A stretch of DNA of 64,000 nucleotides from Octopus bimaculoides (taxonomy: Eukaryota). Positions within the stretch are counted from its first letter, which is position 1. Each line of letters begins with the position of its first letter. The translations under genes and the position numbers were made by a program. Of the stretch, positions 27,871 through 40,135 are shown piece after piece. The notes beneath the pieces are model-generated. The model did no database searches and had not been told where the DNA came from. It was given only the letters and a program-made list of their open reading frames with translations. The stretch lies in contig NC_068997.1 of NCBI RefSeq assembly GCF_001194135.2, forward strand, positions 16,316,107 through 16,380,106, in the 5' to 3' direction.

Positions 27871-29199
27871 ATCGGTAGCATAAAAAATGCCAAAAGAGCT
27901 ATAGCACTCAATTACAATATTATTACATTTCCATATAATTTTTTTTTTTTAATGGCATAAACACCACAAATTCACATTTCATTTTCCTCTTCCCTACCAT
28001 TGGAAATCCTGTTAAATGCTGCATGAATGAGGAAGTTTGTACATGGTCCTTCCACAACTTTCCCTTATATCCTACAAGGCTGTCTTTAAAAAGAAGGATA
28101 GAGCAGATGATACAGTCTGAGATACACTATACCTGATATAAAAAATGATGGAGGTGATCAAGACCAACTTGGATTTCTAAACCATATCAGTTTGAAAGAC
28201 ATCAAATACTTGGGTGCCATAAATCTGTTTAGATGTCACAGTCAGGCTAAACAACAATGGCATGTGAGATAAAGTGTTTGAATAAGAAAAAGGCTTTGAA
28301 TAATTAAGCATCTTATGGGTTTCAGTAATAATGTAGGTTCTTATTCTGCAGATATTAGGCAAGATACTTAATTCTGATGGCCATTACTCTGGAGAAAAGC
28401 ATGTATGATTAATACTTATCATTGCCTCCTGTAATGGTTCAGCATTGAATCAAGATTTTAAATATATATGTGTGTGTGTGTGTGTTGATTTGAAGGTTTA
28501 AACACGTGTGTAGCTAAAATTAAGTAGAGCATATCTCAGACTATATTATTAGTGTAAATGCATGTATGCATGTGTGTATGTATATATACATGTGCATTTA
28601 GAAAATCTCAATCTCCCCCTACACACATACATTCGATGATTCATGAAAGCTCTATAGTGTAGTCTAGGGTTATGCAGGTGGCGTTCACAACAGGCTTCAC
28701 CACAGATGTCTATAGCACACCTATGGGTGGACGGTTTATTCTTTTCATTATTTTACACCACCCTCACCACTCATCCTTGATGTGGGGGTGGGGCAATGAG
28801 TGGCTTCTTTTTTCTTTTTTTGTCTTCTTTAAATATATTATTTGTGTGTATGTGCACATAAATGCAATCAATCTATTGGATCATTTCCTGACATAAGAGC
28901 AGTTATGGTGATAAGCTGTCCCTTTCCCTTACAGTTACCAAAAACACATGCACACACACACACATGTTGCAGGTGAAATAGCTTTCAAATAAAAATTAGG
29001 AAATAAACACACCTTGATAGCCCCTTTTTTCTTTCCCTAACTCCCTACAACACAGTTAGCCTTTTCTTTGCTCTTTTTTTTTACCCCTCCATCCACATCC
29101 TTTATCACCAAACCTTACCAAATCAATTGCAAAGTCTGCATGTTTGTTACAGCAATTTACTTTCAATTGAAATAGTGTGATTGTTCTGCCTGATACACT

Positions 29200-29690
29200 C
29201 ACATGTGGAGTGGAGTGAAAGTGTTTGAGGAGGCCAGGGTAACATTGGCAAGACTCAAGAGAGATTTAAAGAAGAATGTTGTAATCGAGAAGGTGAATAC
29301 TCTCAATGACCTTTTTGTGTGCACAGTTTGTGACAGACTATGCACTTTTTTTTTTTTTAAATTTTTTTGCTGGACTCAAATCTCATTTGCGGACCCATGA
29401 AAGACGAACCTCTACCAACTGTTCTGCCTATATATCTGTGCACACCTTTCAATGCAATGTATGTCAGAAGGTTTGCAAATCTAACAGTGGCCTCAAAAAG
29501 ACATTTTAAGATCCACAAAGATCAGAACTTAATTGCAGCTCTTGGTGGTCCACATCAGATATGCAATCTATGTGGGTGTCTTTTCAGTACATTGTCTGGT
29601 TTAAAAAGCCACATCAGATGCCATGATGGATCTAAGGTGAAGGTACAGGAGGTGGTCAAACTCTGCATAAGGAGTAGACAACCACTATAT
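29200..29690 (+). mobile_element. 5'-truncated RTE-clade-like LINE C-terminus with three tandem C2H2 zinc fingers (frameshifted)
   Basis: WSGVKVFEEARVTLARLKRDLKK matches the RTE W...FE..R....KR tail motif. It is followed by CTVCDRLC/AGLKSHLRTH, CNVCQKVCKSNSGLK/RHFKIH and CNLCGCLFSTLSGLKSHIRCH. Frameshifts at a T13 run (29346-29358) and near 29500. Ends in a microsatellite. Confidence 0.8.
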
Positions 29691-30930
29691 ATGAGAGAGA
29701 AGGATAGATATATGTAGATATATATGTGTGCACACCTGATATGTGTGGATGCATTTAACGTCACGTGCAGTTTTTCTCTGCTTTTCTATTTTCTTCTTGC
29801 TTGTATAAGTGCCAAATGTGTTTGTGTTTGTGTGAGTATGCAGAAGAGTATAAAGTTACAAATGAATCTTTTGAGATGAACTAAAGCCAGATCCTCCTGT
29901 ACTTTATAGAATGACAGTTTGTAATCAACAGTCAAATCTTGCTGGGTATAAGTATACGATAAGACAGCCGACACACATACTAATTAAACAGCAAACATAT
30001 ACACATCATACTTATATATATGTATATACACACACACACACACGCACACACATACATACATTATACAGAACATAGAAAAACTTGATGTGTCTAACAAGAA
30101 GAGTTCATCTGAGTGAATTGCTGTTCTTAGATTAATTGTGCCACACACATACTATTGGCATCATTCTCTTATGGTATTTCTCAATCTTAGAGTTTCCTAT
30201 AGCACTTTCCATAATTCTAGACACTCAGTGTGTCTACTCTAGGTGCCATGTCTTCATTCTCTGCCAACATGTTCTTTCATCTACTTCTGTTTTGCTCTCC
30301 ATATTGTTTTGTTTTTGTTCTCTTTTCTCATTTATTATCAATATTTTATGGGTGAGATGCAAATTATAAACTCCACAACCAGATTTTAAATTCTCATTTG
30401 ACTTGGCTAACAATAGCATTTCACTCTACTTAAACTTCACAGCTTCCTCTTCCATCCCCCCTCTCTCTCTTTCTCTTTCTCCTCTAAAATGTCTATGTTC
30501 TCTAAACGTTGGGGTGAGTAGATCAGTAGATATGCAAGAGCTTTTTATCCTTCATTGATAGAATAAGTACCAAGCAATATTCTTAGATCCGTTAAATCAA
30601 CTTTGCAAATTTATAATGCTGTGACCATCATTCCCTCATGCGTTTTACGATTTGCATGCAAAGAAAAAATTATGCACACTATGTTTCCAAGACGATTTTA
30701 TTTTCGTTTTTAAGAAATTAATCATGTAATTTCATTATAATAAATCCAAAAGAACAAAATCTTATGTGATTTTGTCAAAATCACTACGAAATAATGCATG
30801 CTTAAAAACTATAAACACTTTACTTAGGTGGTCAGCTTGGCATTTGAACCAATGCACACAAGCAAATTTCTGCATTTACCTACAGCCATTTCAGTTGCAG
30901 CAACAACTCATAATGATGATTGTAATAATG

Positions 30931-31530
30931 GTTTCAAATTTTGACAAGGCCAGAAATTTTATGGAAGGGACAGGGTCAGTTAGATCAATCCCATTGCTCA
31001 ACTGGTATTTATTTTATTGAGCCCGAAAGGATGAAAGGTAAAGTCAACTCTCAGCAGAATTTGAACTCGAAACATAAAGACAAGCGAAATACCCATTAAG
31101 CATTTTACCTTGCATGCTAACAGTTCTGCCAGCTCACTGCCTTACTCAGTAATAATCCTTTCTACTATAGGCACAAGGCCTGCAATTTGGGGGAGAGGAC
31201 TAGTCAATTTCATTGACCCCAGTGCATAACTGGTACTTATTTTATTGACCCTGAAAGGATGAAAGTCAAAGTTGACCTCAGTGGAATTTGAACTCAGAAT
31301 GTAAAGACAGACGAAATACCGTTTAGCATTTTGCCCAGTGTGCTAACATGTCTGCCAACTCATAATAATAATAATAATAATAATTTCTAATTTAGGTATG
31401 AGCAGAACAATTTTGAGAAGAGAATGTTAGTTGATATCAGTGTCCCCTAAAGAAGGATTATTATAGTTGACTTTGGTGGTTTTCAAACACAGAATGGATG
31501 GAACCAGATGAAATATTGCAAGGCATTTAA
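30931..31530 (-). mobile_element. Three head-to-tail family B SINEs
   Basis: Copies at 30931-31143 and 31152-31362 are clear (tttattga...gaaaggatgaaag..aaagt..ac.tcag..gaatttgaactc). A decayed third copy lies at about 31385-31530. (taa)n separates them. Confidence 0.85.
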
Positions 31531-32249
31531 AAAAAAAGAAGTCCAGTGTTTTGTTGTCATAGTTTTGATTTAATTTCACTTACATCGTTAATGTTGTTTG
31601 AAAAGACTTCAGACTCTTGTTAAGAAATGATATTGATGAATTATTATTGCTGTTGATGCAGTGGTAGTTGTTAATATTATTAATGATATTTAATTTATTT
31701 TTCTTACTACAGAGTTTTAAGTAGTTTTTATTTTAATTAGTTTGCAATTATGTTGTGTGGTTCAGCAAGAGAGAGGAGAGAGTATATATGTTTGTTTGTT
31801 TGTTTGTTTTTCTGTATTGATTAACCATTTGTCTTCTGTTTGCTGTGTCTTGTTTGCCTTGAAGCGATTACATTAAGCGACCTGTCTGACAAACATGTTC
31901 GATGCCAACATTTACAACTACTGTTACTCTCTGGAAGCCAGCCATTTCATTAAGGCACCACTGTTCGGTTCAGATTTGATACCTCTTTCATTTGTCTTTA
32001 GAGACTTTTAGAGATTGAAGGAACTGATGTTAGTTGTTAGAGGTTTTTTCAAGGTATAGTTGCTGGGGTGAGAGAAGTGGCTTGATGTACGAGGCCCAAG
32101 GTGAGCAGTTTATGCAATCATATGTTTTTGATAAGATAGAAGTATATTGTAAATAATACTATTGGTTCATGAAGGAAATGTTAGTCAAAGCAAAGAGCTA
32201 TCCTGGTCCAGAAGCTTGCTTATCTGTTTGTTTGGACATCCCCCATTTT

Positions 32250-33500
32250 ATTACAGCTACAAGATCAGGTTATAGGATATCACACTTAACCCTTTTGTTA
32301 CCTTTTTTTTTTTTTGAGATGCTCTGTTTCTTTCAATTAATTTTAAATATAACAAAGGATTTAGTAAAATAACTTATTTATCATTAAGCTAGTTTTAGGA
32401 ACATAAATTGTGACTAAGGTTTGGTGGAAGATTTTAATTCAGGACTTTTGAAAACAAGACATTTGTACAACAGAGCTAGAGGCAGTTTCAGCCAGGTTGA
32501 TATCAAAAGGGTTAAGGGGATGGTAAATTATGATCTCAGATTTCAGGATACAGCCTGTAATTTCACCCTTATGAAACTCATACATAAATACTTACGGAGT
32601 GTGAGGAGGAGTTTACGATGAGCTTATTCCCAAGGTACCTATTGTTATAGAGATTGTTTCAGTTCCCACATTCTGCTTGCCTCTCTTTCCAAGCCTTTGT
32701 ACGTGGATACTTTCTCAGTTTTGTTTAGAGATATATTATTGCTTGTTATGACCGATGCTTCAACTATGAAACATTTTCTTACTTGGACCTCAGAAATGGG
32801 CCAATTAACCTTGTCTCTATGAACCGGCATATCTGAGAGTACAGTCACTTTATCATTCTCTGAGACCTTTACTGGTGTATCCTTAAATTACATCTTTCTT
32901 GTTTGGTAATTGTGGCATAGCTTACAGTTATGAAAGCTTCAGTGTTGTTATACTCGTTGGTGAATTCTTCCTTGGGCAACCAGAGATAAAGTAATATTTA
33001 ATTGTTTCTTCCTAAACTCCATGTGTTCTGTTGTTACTTAATGTTTTCTGCTTCATTTCATGCTTTTTGTGGCTTATTGTAAAAGAGGCTTTGATCCTGT
33101 ACCACAGTCAAGAATCCTTCAATGTCAGCTTTGAGTCTTGTGCTTCTCAGCCAGTGTTGCATATTTTTATTTGCTTGTTTCCATCCTGTTAAGTTTTTCT
33201 CAGGTATTATTATTAGTCCTGTAAAGGCTTTTCTTGCCATCCCTTAAACATTGCATTCTGTAGCCCCGTACACAATTTAGCATTGTTTAGCTTTTTTTTC
33301 ACATTTTCTATTCTTTCTTCCTTTTCCACTCAACTGCATCATTTTAGCCTCTGTTTTGACTCTGTTGTCTTCTTCCTTCAAGACAGAAAGCAATTTCAGT
33401 TTTGTGTATATTTGTTGCTGGCCACACAAGACCCTAGTCAGCTTGTATTCAATCTCTCTCATGTCAGATTTTGGATCCTACATTCTGAATGAAGATTTGG
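32250..33500 (-). mobile_element. Decayed R4/Dong-clade non-LTR retrotransposon (thumb, CCHC remnant, restriction-like endonuclease)
   Basis: In order on minus: DPKSD (HPKSD-like), WLRSTRLKADIEGFLTVVQDQSL, EETIKYYFISGCP (ET..H..SGC knuckle remnant), VTVLSDMPVHRD, CFIVEASV...NNISLNKTEKVSTYKGLEREASRMWELK, ITIGTLG. These are typical RLE-LINE C-terminal motifs. Many stops and frameshifts. Confidence 0.85.
32290..32511. mobile_element. piggyBac-type MITE (222 bp) nested in the Dong-like LINE
   Basis: TTAA on both sides (32286-32289 and 32512-32515). TIRs cccttttgttacc and reverse complement cccttttgatatc. Confidence 0.88.
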
Positions 33501-33720
33501 GGGGGGGGGGNNNNNNNNNNGGGGGGGGGTCCCTTTTATCTTTCTAGCATTGGTAGTTCATTTAGCATCCAATTGAGATTATCATAACTATAATTTACCA
33601 CTAAAAGCAGCTATAGCATTGATGCCTGTTATCCTATAGAGCTCTGTATTAAGTATTAACCTTACGTGCCTATAATATTCTGCCATAATCCTCTTTTTCG
33701 TGTGTGTTGCATTATTATTT

Positions 33721-33945
33721 AAGGCAGCAAGAATTGTTAGCACGCTGGACTGCTTAGTGGCATTTTGTCTGTCTTTACATTCTGAGTTCAAATGCCACCA
33801 AGGTTGACTTTGCCCTTCATCCTTTTGAGGTCGATGAAATAAGTACTAGTCAAGTACTGAGGTCAATGTAATCGACTTCCACCTCCCCTCAAAACCTGCC
33901 CTCTCTGTGTGCCAAAATTCGAGATCGTTTTTTGTTGTTGTTGTT
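33721..33945 (+). mobile_element. Full-length family B SINE
   Basis: gaattgttagcacgctgg...ctgagttcaaatgcc...gactttgcccttcatccttttgaggtcgatgaaataagtactag, followed by a (ttg)n tail. Confidence 0.88.
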
Positions 33946-34008
33946 TTCCATTTCATGAATTATTGGGCAAACTTGTCAATTTAGTAAAATGGTATGAATA
34001 CATATGCA

Positions 34009-34084
<76 letters not shown>

Positions 34085-34959
34085 AATAACGATTGTATCA
34101 ACAAAAACAACAATAGGGTTTAAATACATTCTATTTCTTGCGAGATATTTGTTAATTAAGTCGCCATTATATTTTATTAAAAGATTAATACTAAACCTAT
34201 AAAAGAAAATATAGAAGAAAAAAATACGTTGGCAACAACAACAACAACATTAATAAAATTAACAACATTATTCACAACACCAGTATTCTGTAATCAACAA
34301 TAACAATGTCATCTACAAAGGTGGATGATGATGATGATGATGTTGATGTGATAATAACATTAACAACAGGCTACAACATTAACGAAATTAACTACAATAA
34401 CAACAATGTTAACTACAATAAAACAAAAAAACAAGACAGCATGAAATTTGAAAGGGGGAAAAAGTCTGTAACTAAAATATCTTTTTGAAACAAAAAAACA
34501 AAAAGAAAGAATTACAGGGAAATGAACCAAACATTTTCTAATTCATCATGATCATTATCATAATCATAATCATCGTCCTCGTCATCATCATCATCATCGT
34601 TATTTGTTTATTATTTTCACTCATTATATTTCTCATTGTTTTGTTTGTTATTTATTAATTGTTGTTGTTTGTCCTATTCATATTCTAATCACGGTTTCGA
34701 ACATCTTCCCAACACTGACATGGAGAGTTCTTTGTTGGTTGATTTGTTGGTTTATATTAATGCTGTTGTTTTTGGGGTTCTTTTATTATTATTTTTTTTT
34801 TTTTTGTCATTTATTTGTTTTTTTGTCTTTTGCTTGTCTGGCTGAACTGACTGTTTGTCTGTTTGACTGACTCTTCCAATCAATTCATTGAGATTATTTG
34901 GATTGATTGCTTTCTTTCTCCCATCTCCCCCCCCCCCACTCTCCCGTCCCTTCCTTTAT

Positions 34960-35780
34960 TCCTCTTCTTCTTCTTATCAACTCATCACCCATTCTCACAA
35001 ACATGCTCAGTGGACTTCTGGTTTTGTACATCTTGATAGCATCTCATCATGTTCTTCTTACTTTATTGCTTCTATTGTCTTGATATCACTATTCTACTTA
35101 ATGCCATCGGCAACTCCTTGCTTTCTTAGGTGCTGTTATTTTTTGGGATTTTCTCTGTCTTTGGTATGGAACACCTATCGTCAATCTACTTAGAAAGTTT
35201 ATTGTTGTTGTTCATCTCCAGGTCAGCTGTCACCAACCTGGTGTATTACTTTTATTTTTTAACCTTGTGTACCTTGGGTTATATTCTTCGATGTGTCCTT
35301 ACTGTTTTCAAGACACTGTTTATGTGATTTGGAAGAGTTTTGACTTCTATTCTTCACAGATTAAGCAATGGCTTGGAGCTTGAGCCATTCATTTACTGTG
35401 GTATTCATCGCTAAGTTTTTGACTTGATAACCCTCCCTTTTTGTATTTTTCTTTTTCCAATCTACCTGAACTTAAATGCTGAAAGTTAAGAGATTCTCAT
35501 ATTGCAGCTCTGTTCTTCACAGTTGATCCAGTTTAATAAAACACTCCATAGCATCTCTTTGCATGAGTTCCCAAGTCATGTCATCATTCTCATTTCACAA
35601 CAATGCACCTTCAAGGACATGGTAAATAGAGATAAACCATGGTGTCGATGGGTAATTTTTACCTAATTATATATTTTCAATGGAAGCCAGATCTCTATTT
35701 CCTTGCAGATTTTGTAAATCTTGAAGGGCTTATCTGCTTCAGTTCTAATTCCCCACCTTCGATAAATAAATATATAGACA
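34960..35780 (-). pseudogene. Possible decayed LINE ORF2 (endonuclease-RT linker) relic
   Basis: A-rich minus strand, GVADGI (GpDGI-like) near 35110 and EWL motif near 35390. No open frame. Confidence 0.3.
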
Positions 35781-35888
35781 AGAGATATCTAGCTGTGCTA
35801 CTGAATGAATGATATATGTTTGAAAAGCTCAAGAGGGTTGGTTAGGTAGGTATATCTGGATATTTCTGTCCATTTAATACATACACAC

Positions 35889-35935
<47 letters not shown>

Positions 35936-36016
35936 ATCAGAAATCTTCGCTTCAATTAAAATGGATGTGTGTGTGTATTAGAAGGTCCAGCAACTTAATA
36001 GCATCAATTAAAAGTC

Positions 36017-36022
36017 TAAATA

Positions 36023-36064
<42 letters not shown>

Positions 36065-36098
36065 GTCTCTCTCTCTCTCTCTCCCTCTCTCTCTTTCT
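36017..36098. repeat. (CT)n/(GA)n microsatellite
   Basis: Long interrupted CT tract. Similar tracts occur at 8679, 23065, 34010, 36780, 36950, 53716 and 58148. Confidence 0.9.
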
Positions 36099-36776
36099 TC
36101 GTCTCTGTCTGCCTCTAAGAATATGGTGTAGGCAAGGTGTGTAGGTGTGCAGTACAGTGGAAAGAGGATTCGTGGTGAGAGGTGAAAAATGGCAAGGAGC
36201 TTGCGATGGAGACGCAGCTGTGCTTTGTTGGCAGAGAGTGCAGCAGGGGAAAGATTTCCATAAGACAAACTGCAGCAGGGAAGATTCTTTCTTCAAACCA
36301 ACCACTGCCACTGCCCTCTGCTTTACCCTTCTCCCCACGACCACCACCAAACACTCATTTTTCGATGCCCTCCCCTCTACCTCTTCTGTCCATCCATCCA
36401 TCCATCCATCCATCCATCCATCCATCCTCGCCACTTTTCATTCACTGCCATCAGCACCACCAATACCCTTCCCTCCTTTCTACCCATTAATCAATGCTCG
36501 GTTTGTTAATTACGTTGCTACAATTTTACAATTAAGGAAATGACTTTTTTCTTGTTGTTGTTGTTGCTGCTGTTGTTGTTCTTGTTGGTGTTACTATTTT
36601 ATTCTTTTGTAAAAATTTTTTTTTTACTTTCCTTTTTTTTTCTATTTTAATCCTTAACTTTTTACCTTTTTTTTTTTGCATTTCATTTTTTTATTTATTT
36701 AGAAATTCTGTTTTACTTCACTATTTTATCCCTTTTTTAAAATTTTTAACCACTTTTATTTTCATTCTCCTTTCAC

Positions 36777-36807
<31 letters not shown>

Positions 36808-36952
36808 ATTCTATCTGTCTGTCTCTAATTCTCTCTTTTTCACTGCTTGACTTTCTCTTCTCTCTCTCTCTTGCCACTCTTTCTCAATTTATGATTTAGC
36901 TTTTCTCTCTACACCTCCATATTCTATTCATCTTTTCTTTCTCTCTCTCCCT

Positions 36953-36985
<33 letters not shown>

Positions 36986-37459
36986 CTTCTCATCAGAACT
37001 TTTCGTTTATCCAGTCTTCCTTATACCTCTGCCCAGTCCTCTCTTATCATATTCTTGGCAATCCTCCTCCACTTCTTTGCTCTGTCTCATTTCCAATTAA
37101 CTTTTCCTTCTGTCTGTTTTTCTTTCTTTGCTTTTATTTTATTTATTTTTAGCAAGCAAACCTTACTCATTTATTTATTCATTTATTTTGTTGCATATGT
37201 GTATATTGTATGTGGATACTCTCCCATATTAATGTATGTATGTTTATGTTTTTGTATGTATATGCATTCATAAATTTCTTCATTCACCTCTTGGTGTGTA
37301 TTTTGTTTTTGCTCTTAGCTCTATCTATTTCTTCTTTGTATGTATGTGTTTATTGGTGTATATCGAATTGTGAATATATGAATTCTTCTTGTCTGTTAAT
37401 CTCTTTCTGTTCTCCAGAAATGCAGACACGCTAATACATATATATTTAATCAAATTTAT

Positions 37460-37478
37460 GTATATATATATGTATATA

Positions 37479-37527
<49 letters not shown>

Positions 37528-37550
37528 GTATATATATATATATATTTATA
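37460..37550. repeat. (TA)n with interspersed TG
   Basis: Long AT dinucleotide array, one of many in the window. Confidence 0.9.
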
Positions 37551-39450
37551 TAATGTGTCCAAGTGTGTGCGTCTGTAGATTTATGAAAAATTGAAATATA
37601 TATTTATTAAGATATACCTACATATATATACATATACACACATATACACACACACACGTATACAAATATATTGGGTTTTTTCACCCTACAAACTCAAGCA
37701 CTCCTAAATGAGTGACTACACACTTATACACAAGTCTAAATTTTATTCTTTATCCTTGGGAGAAATTAACTTTCTGCACGTTAAGGGGTTGATCTTTCAC
37801 GTTTCAAAGCGTGGTCGTGTAATTTGTAATTCACTGATGCAAACCACTGGTCTAGAAAACTAATTTAGGCCTTTATGAGTAGTGGTTGGTGGTGGCAGAG
37901 ACAGTGATGGTGAGAGTAACAGGGGGAGTAGTACAGCAGGGAGCAGGGTTGTCTTGCACACACCATCAATGCTGCTACTAATATATGAACTATTGCCCCA
38001 CGCCCCATACTCCTACCTGATTTTGCTGTCAACACCACCATATGCATATAGAAACATATGCATGTACACATATATGGATGCACAGAAACGCCTACACAAA
38101 TGCACTATTGCTTCTATTGCCACTACCATTGCAACCATTAAGATCATTATCACTCGCTGCCATCATCAATGTTACCACCGCACACATATACAAACACACA
38201 CACTTCACTGTGACCACCACTGCTTATGGCCACTGCCACCATCAACAACACTGTGGTTATCAATACACAGACACACAGGCATAGATAGCCTCTCATCCTC
38301 CCCAACTCAGCCCGATGTAGTTAATTGGCTCGAGGTCCTGCCACTATTATACACCAGCTAATTAACACTGTGGCCCTTACCAATTCACACAGAGGCTCTT
38401 GCAGTTGTTGTGTTTGCTGCAGTGTCAGCATTGCACCCATTCTCTTAAACATCACTGTTCTGTCTCTCCGCCTTCCCATCTCTTTATTACAACCACCGCC
38501 ACCCATTCGCAGCACATCCAATTCACCCATCTTGACTAACTCTCTCTTTTTCTCTCGAGCCCCCTCCTGGCATCGCCTCGCTGAACACTTGGAGCACTTT
38601 GTGTTTGCTGTGCTGGCAAGAATACTAAAACAACATCAAAAAAAAAAAGAAAAAGTAAAAAAGAAAACTATCTGGAATATCAATCACATCCATACCATAT
38701 TGTACAGTGTTGTTGTTCTATCATACCATCATACATTGTCATTCTAGTGCCAAATTATGTCATAGCAGGTATTATGCTCTGTTTATATATTTTCTGCAGC
38801 CACACTCTGAAGTACCATGGCAACGCATTACCCTGCAATACAACACCATGTCATGTTATATATTGTCTTACCGTGCGTTACTGTCAGGTCATAGTATGGT
38901 ATTCAACCATTTTTGCTCTCTGCTAAACCTATCAGAAATAGTGAGGTTATCTTTTGTGGCATGATTTCTTTCTGGTACCTTACTGCTAAGTTCTTTTGCC
39001 TTGAAGAGACAAAGATGCTGGTGTGTGTGTGTGTTGATTGATAGATAGACAAAACCATCTCTGCACACATGTAAAAACAGATATACTGCATACATCATTT
39101 GCATAACACTGTTGTATATAGCAACATAAATAGCAAGACTAAAGTACATTGTCACACATGCTTGCACATGCATGTACGAAAGCAACGGTGTTGTTTGTTT
39201 ACAATTCTCTGCCAAAGCTTATCCAGCCATTGAGCTGTTTGTTGGTCAGAGGACCAGGAGAATATATTATGCTACTTGGAGACAGGTTAGGGCTTTACAG
39301 CAAGAACATTTGGCCATAGAAAGGTCTGCCTCATCGCAATCATGTGAACCACGCAAGCATGGAAAAGCAGATATTAAAACAATGAAGATGGTTATACTTA
39401 CAAAGTTATGCACTTGCAAAACCACATGTCTTTCTCCCATGTGATGCATC

Positions 39451-39513
<63 letters not shown>

Positions 39514-39984
39514 CACGCACACATATATACAGACACACTCACATACAGGATATGCAATAACTATGCATACATGTATGTGTATAAGCATAACTACATGCAT
39601 ACACCCCCACCTGTACTTACACCATAAATATAATATTATACACACACACACATACAGTTGGAGATATCCACCAAAAAAAAAAAAAACAAGAAGCACATAC
39701 TCGTGTACAAACAGCTGCTGTTAATATAGAAAACAGCAGCAACAACAACATCTGTAGAACAAAACAATAGAGAACACAAGACAAATAGCCACTCTGATAA
39801 GCTTATTTCTTTCATTTCTCTTTACTGTCGCTGCTCCTGTTGTTGTCGTTACTATTTACATAAGATCATTTTTCTACTGTTGTTCAAGCAAATACTAACC
39901 TTCACCCCACATATGCTGCCATACCACATCTATCTCTACCCCCCACCACTCTCTAGTGTCTGTCTGTATGTCTTTCAGTCTATG

Positions 39985-40135
39985 TTCAATATACCTATCT
40001 GTTTGTCTGTCTGCCTTCCTATCTATCTATCTGTCTATCTATCTACCTGTCTACCTGTTTGTCTATCTACTTGTCTATCTATTTATCTGTCTGTCTTTCT
40101 GTCTACCTACCTGTCTAGCTAGCTAGCTATTTGTC
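39985..40135. repeat. Degenerate (CTAT/CTGT/CTAC)n tetranucleotide array
   Basis: Direct reading of atct/gtct/acct units. Confidence 0.85.

Noticed and set aside
28190-28260. IKYLG motif suggesting LINE RT
   Set aside because: It lies inside a family C repeat copy (about 28075-28260, ending aggctaaacaacaa), so it is probably coincidental.
35952-36543. Several 80-160 aa overlapping ORFs
   Set aside because: They are bounded by (CT)n and (CATC)n repeats and have no domain motifs or convincing splice pair.
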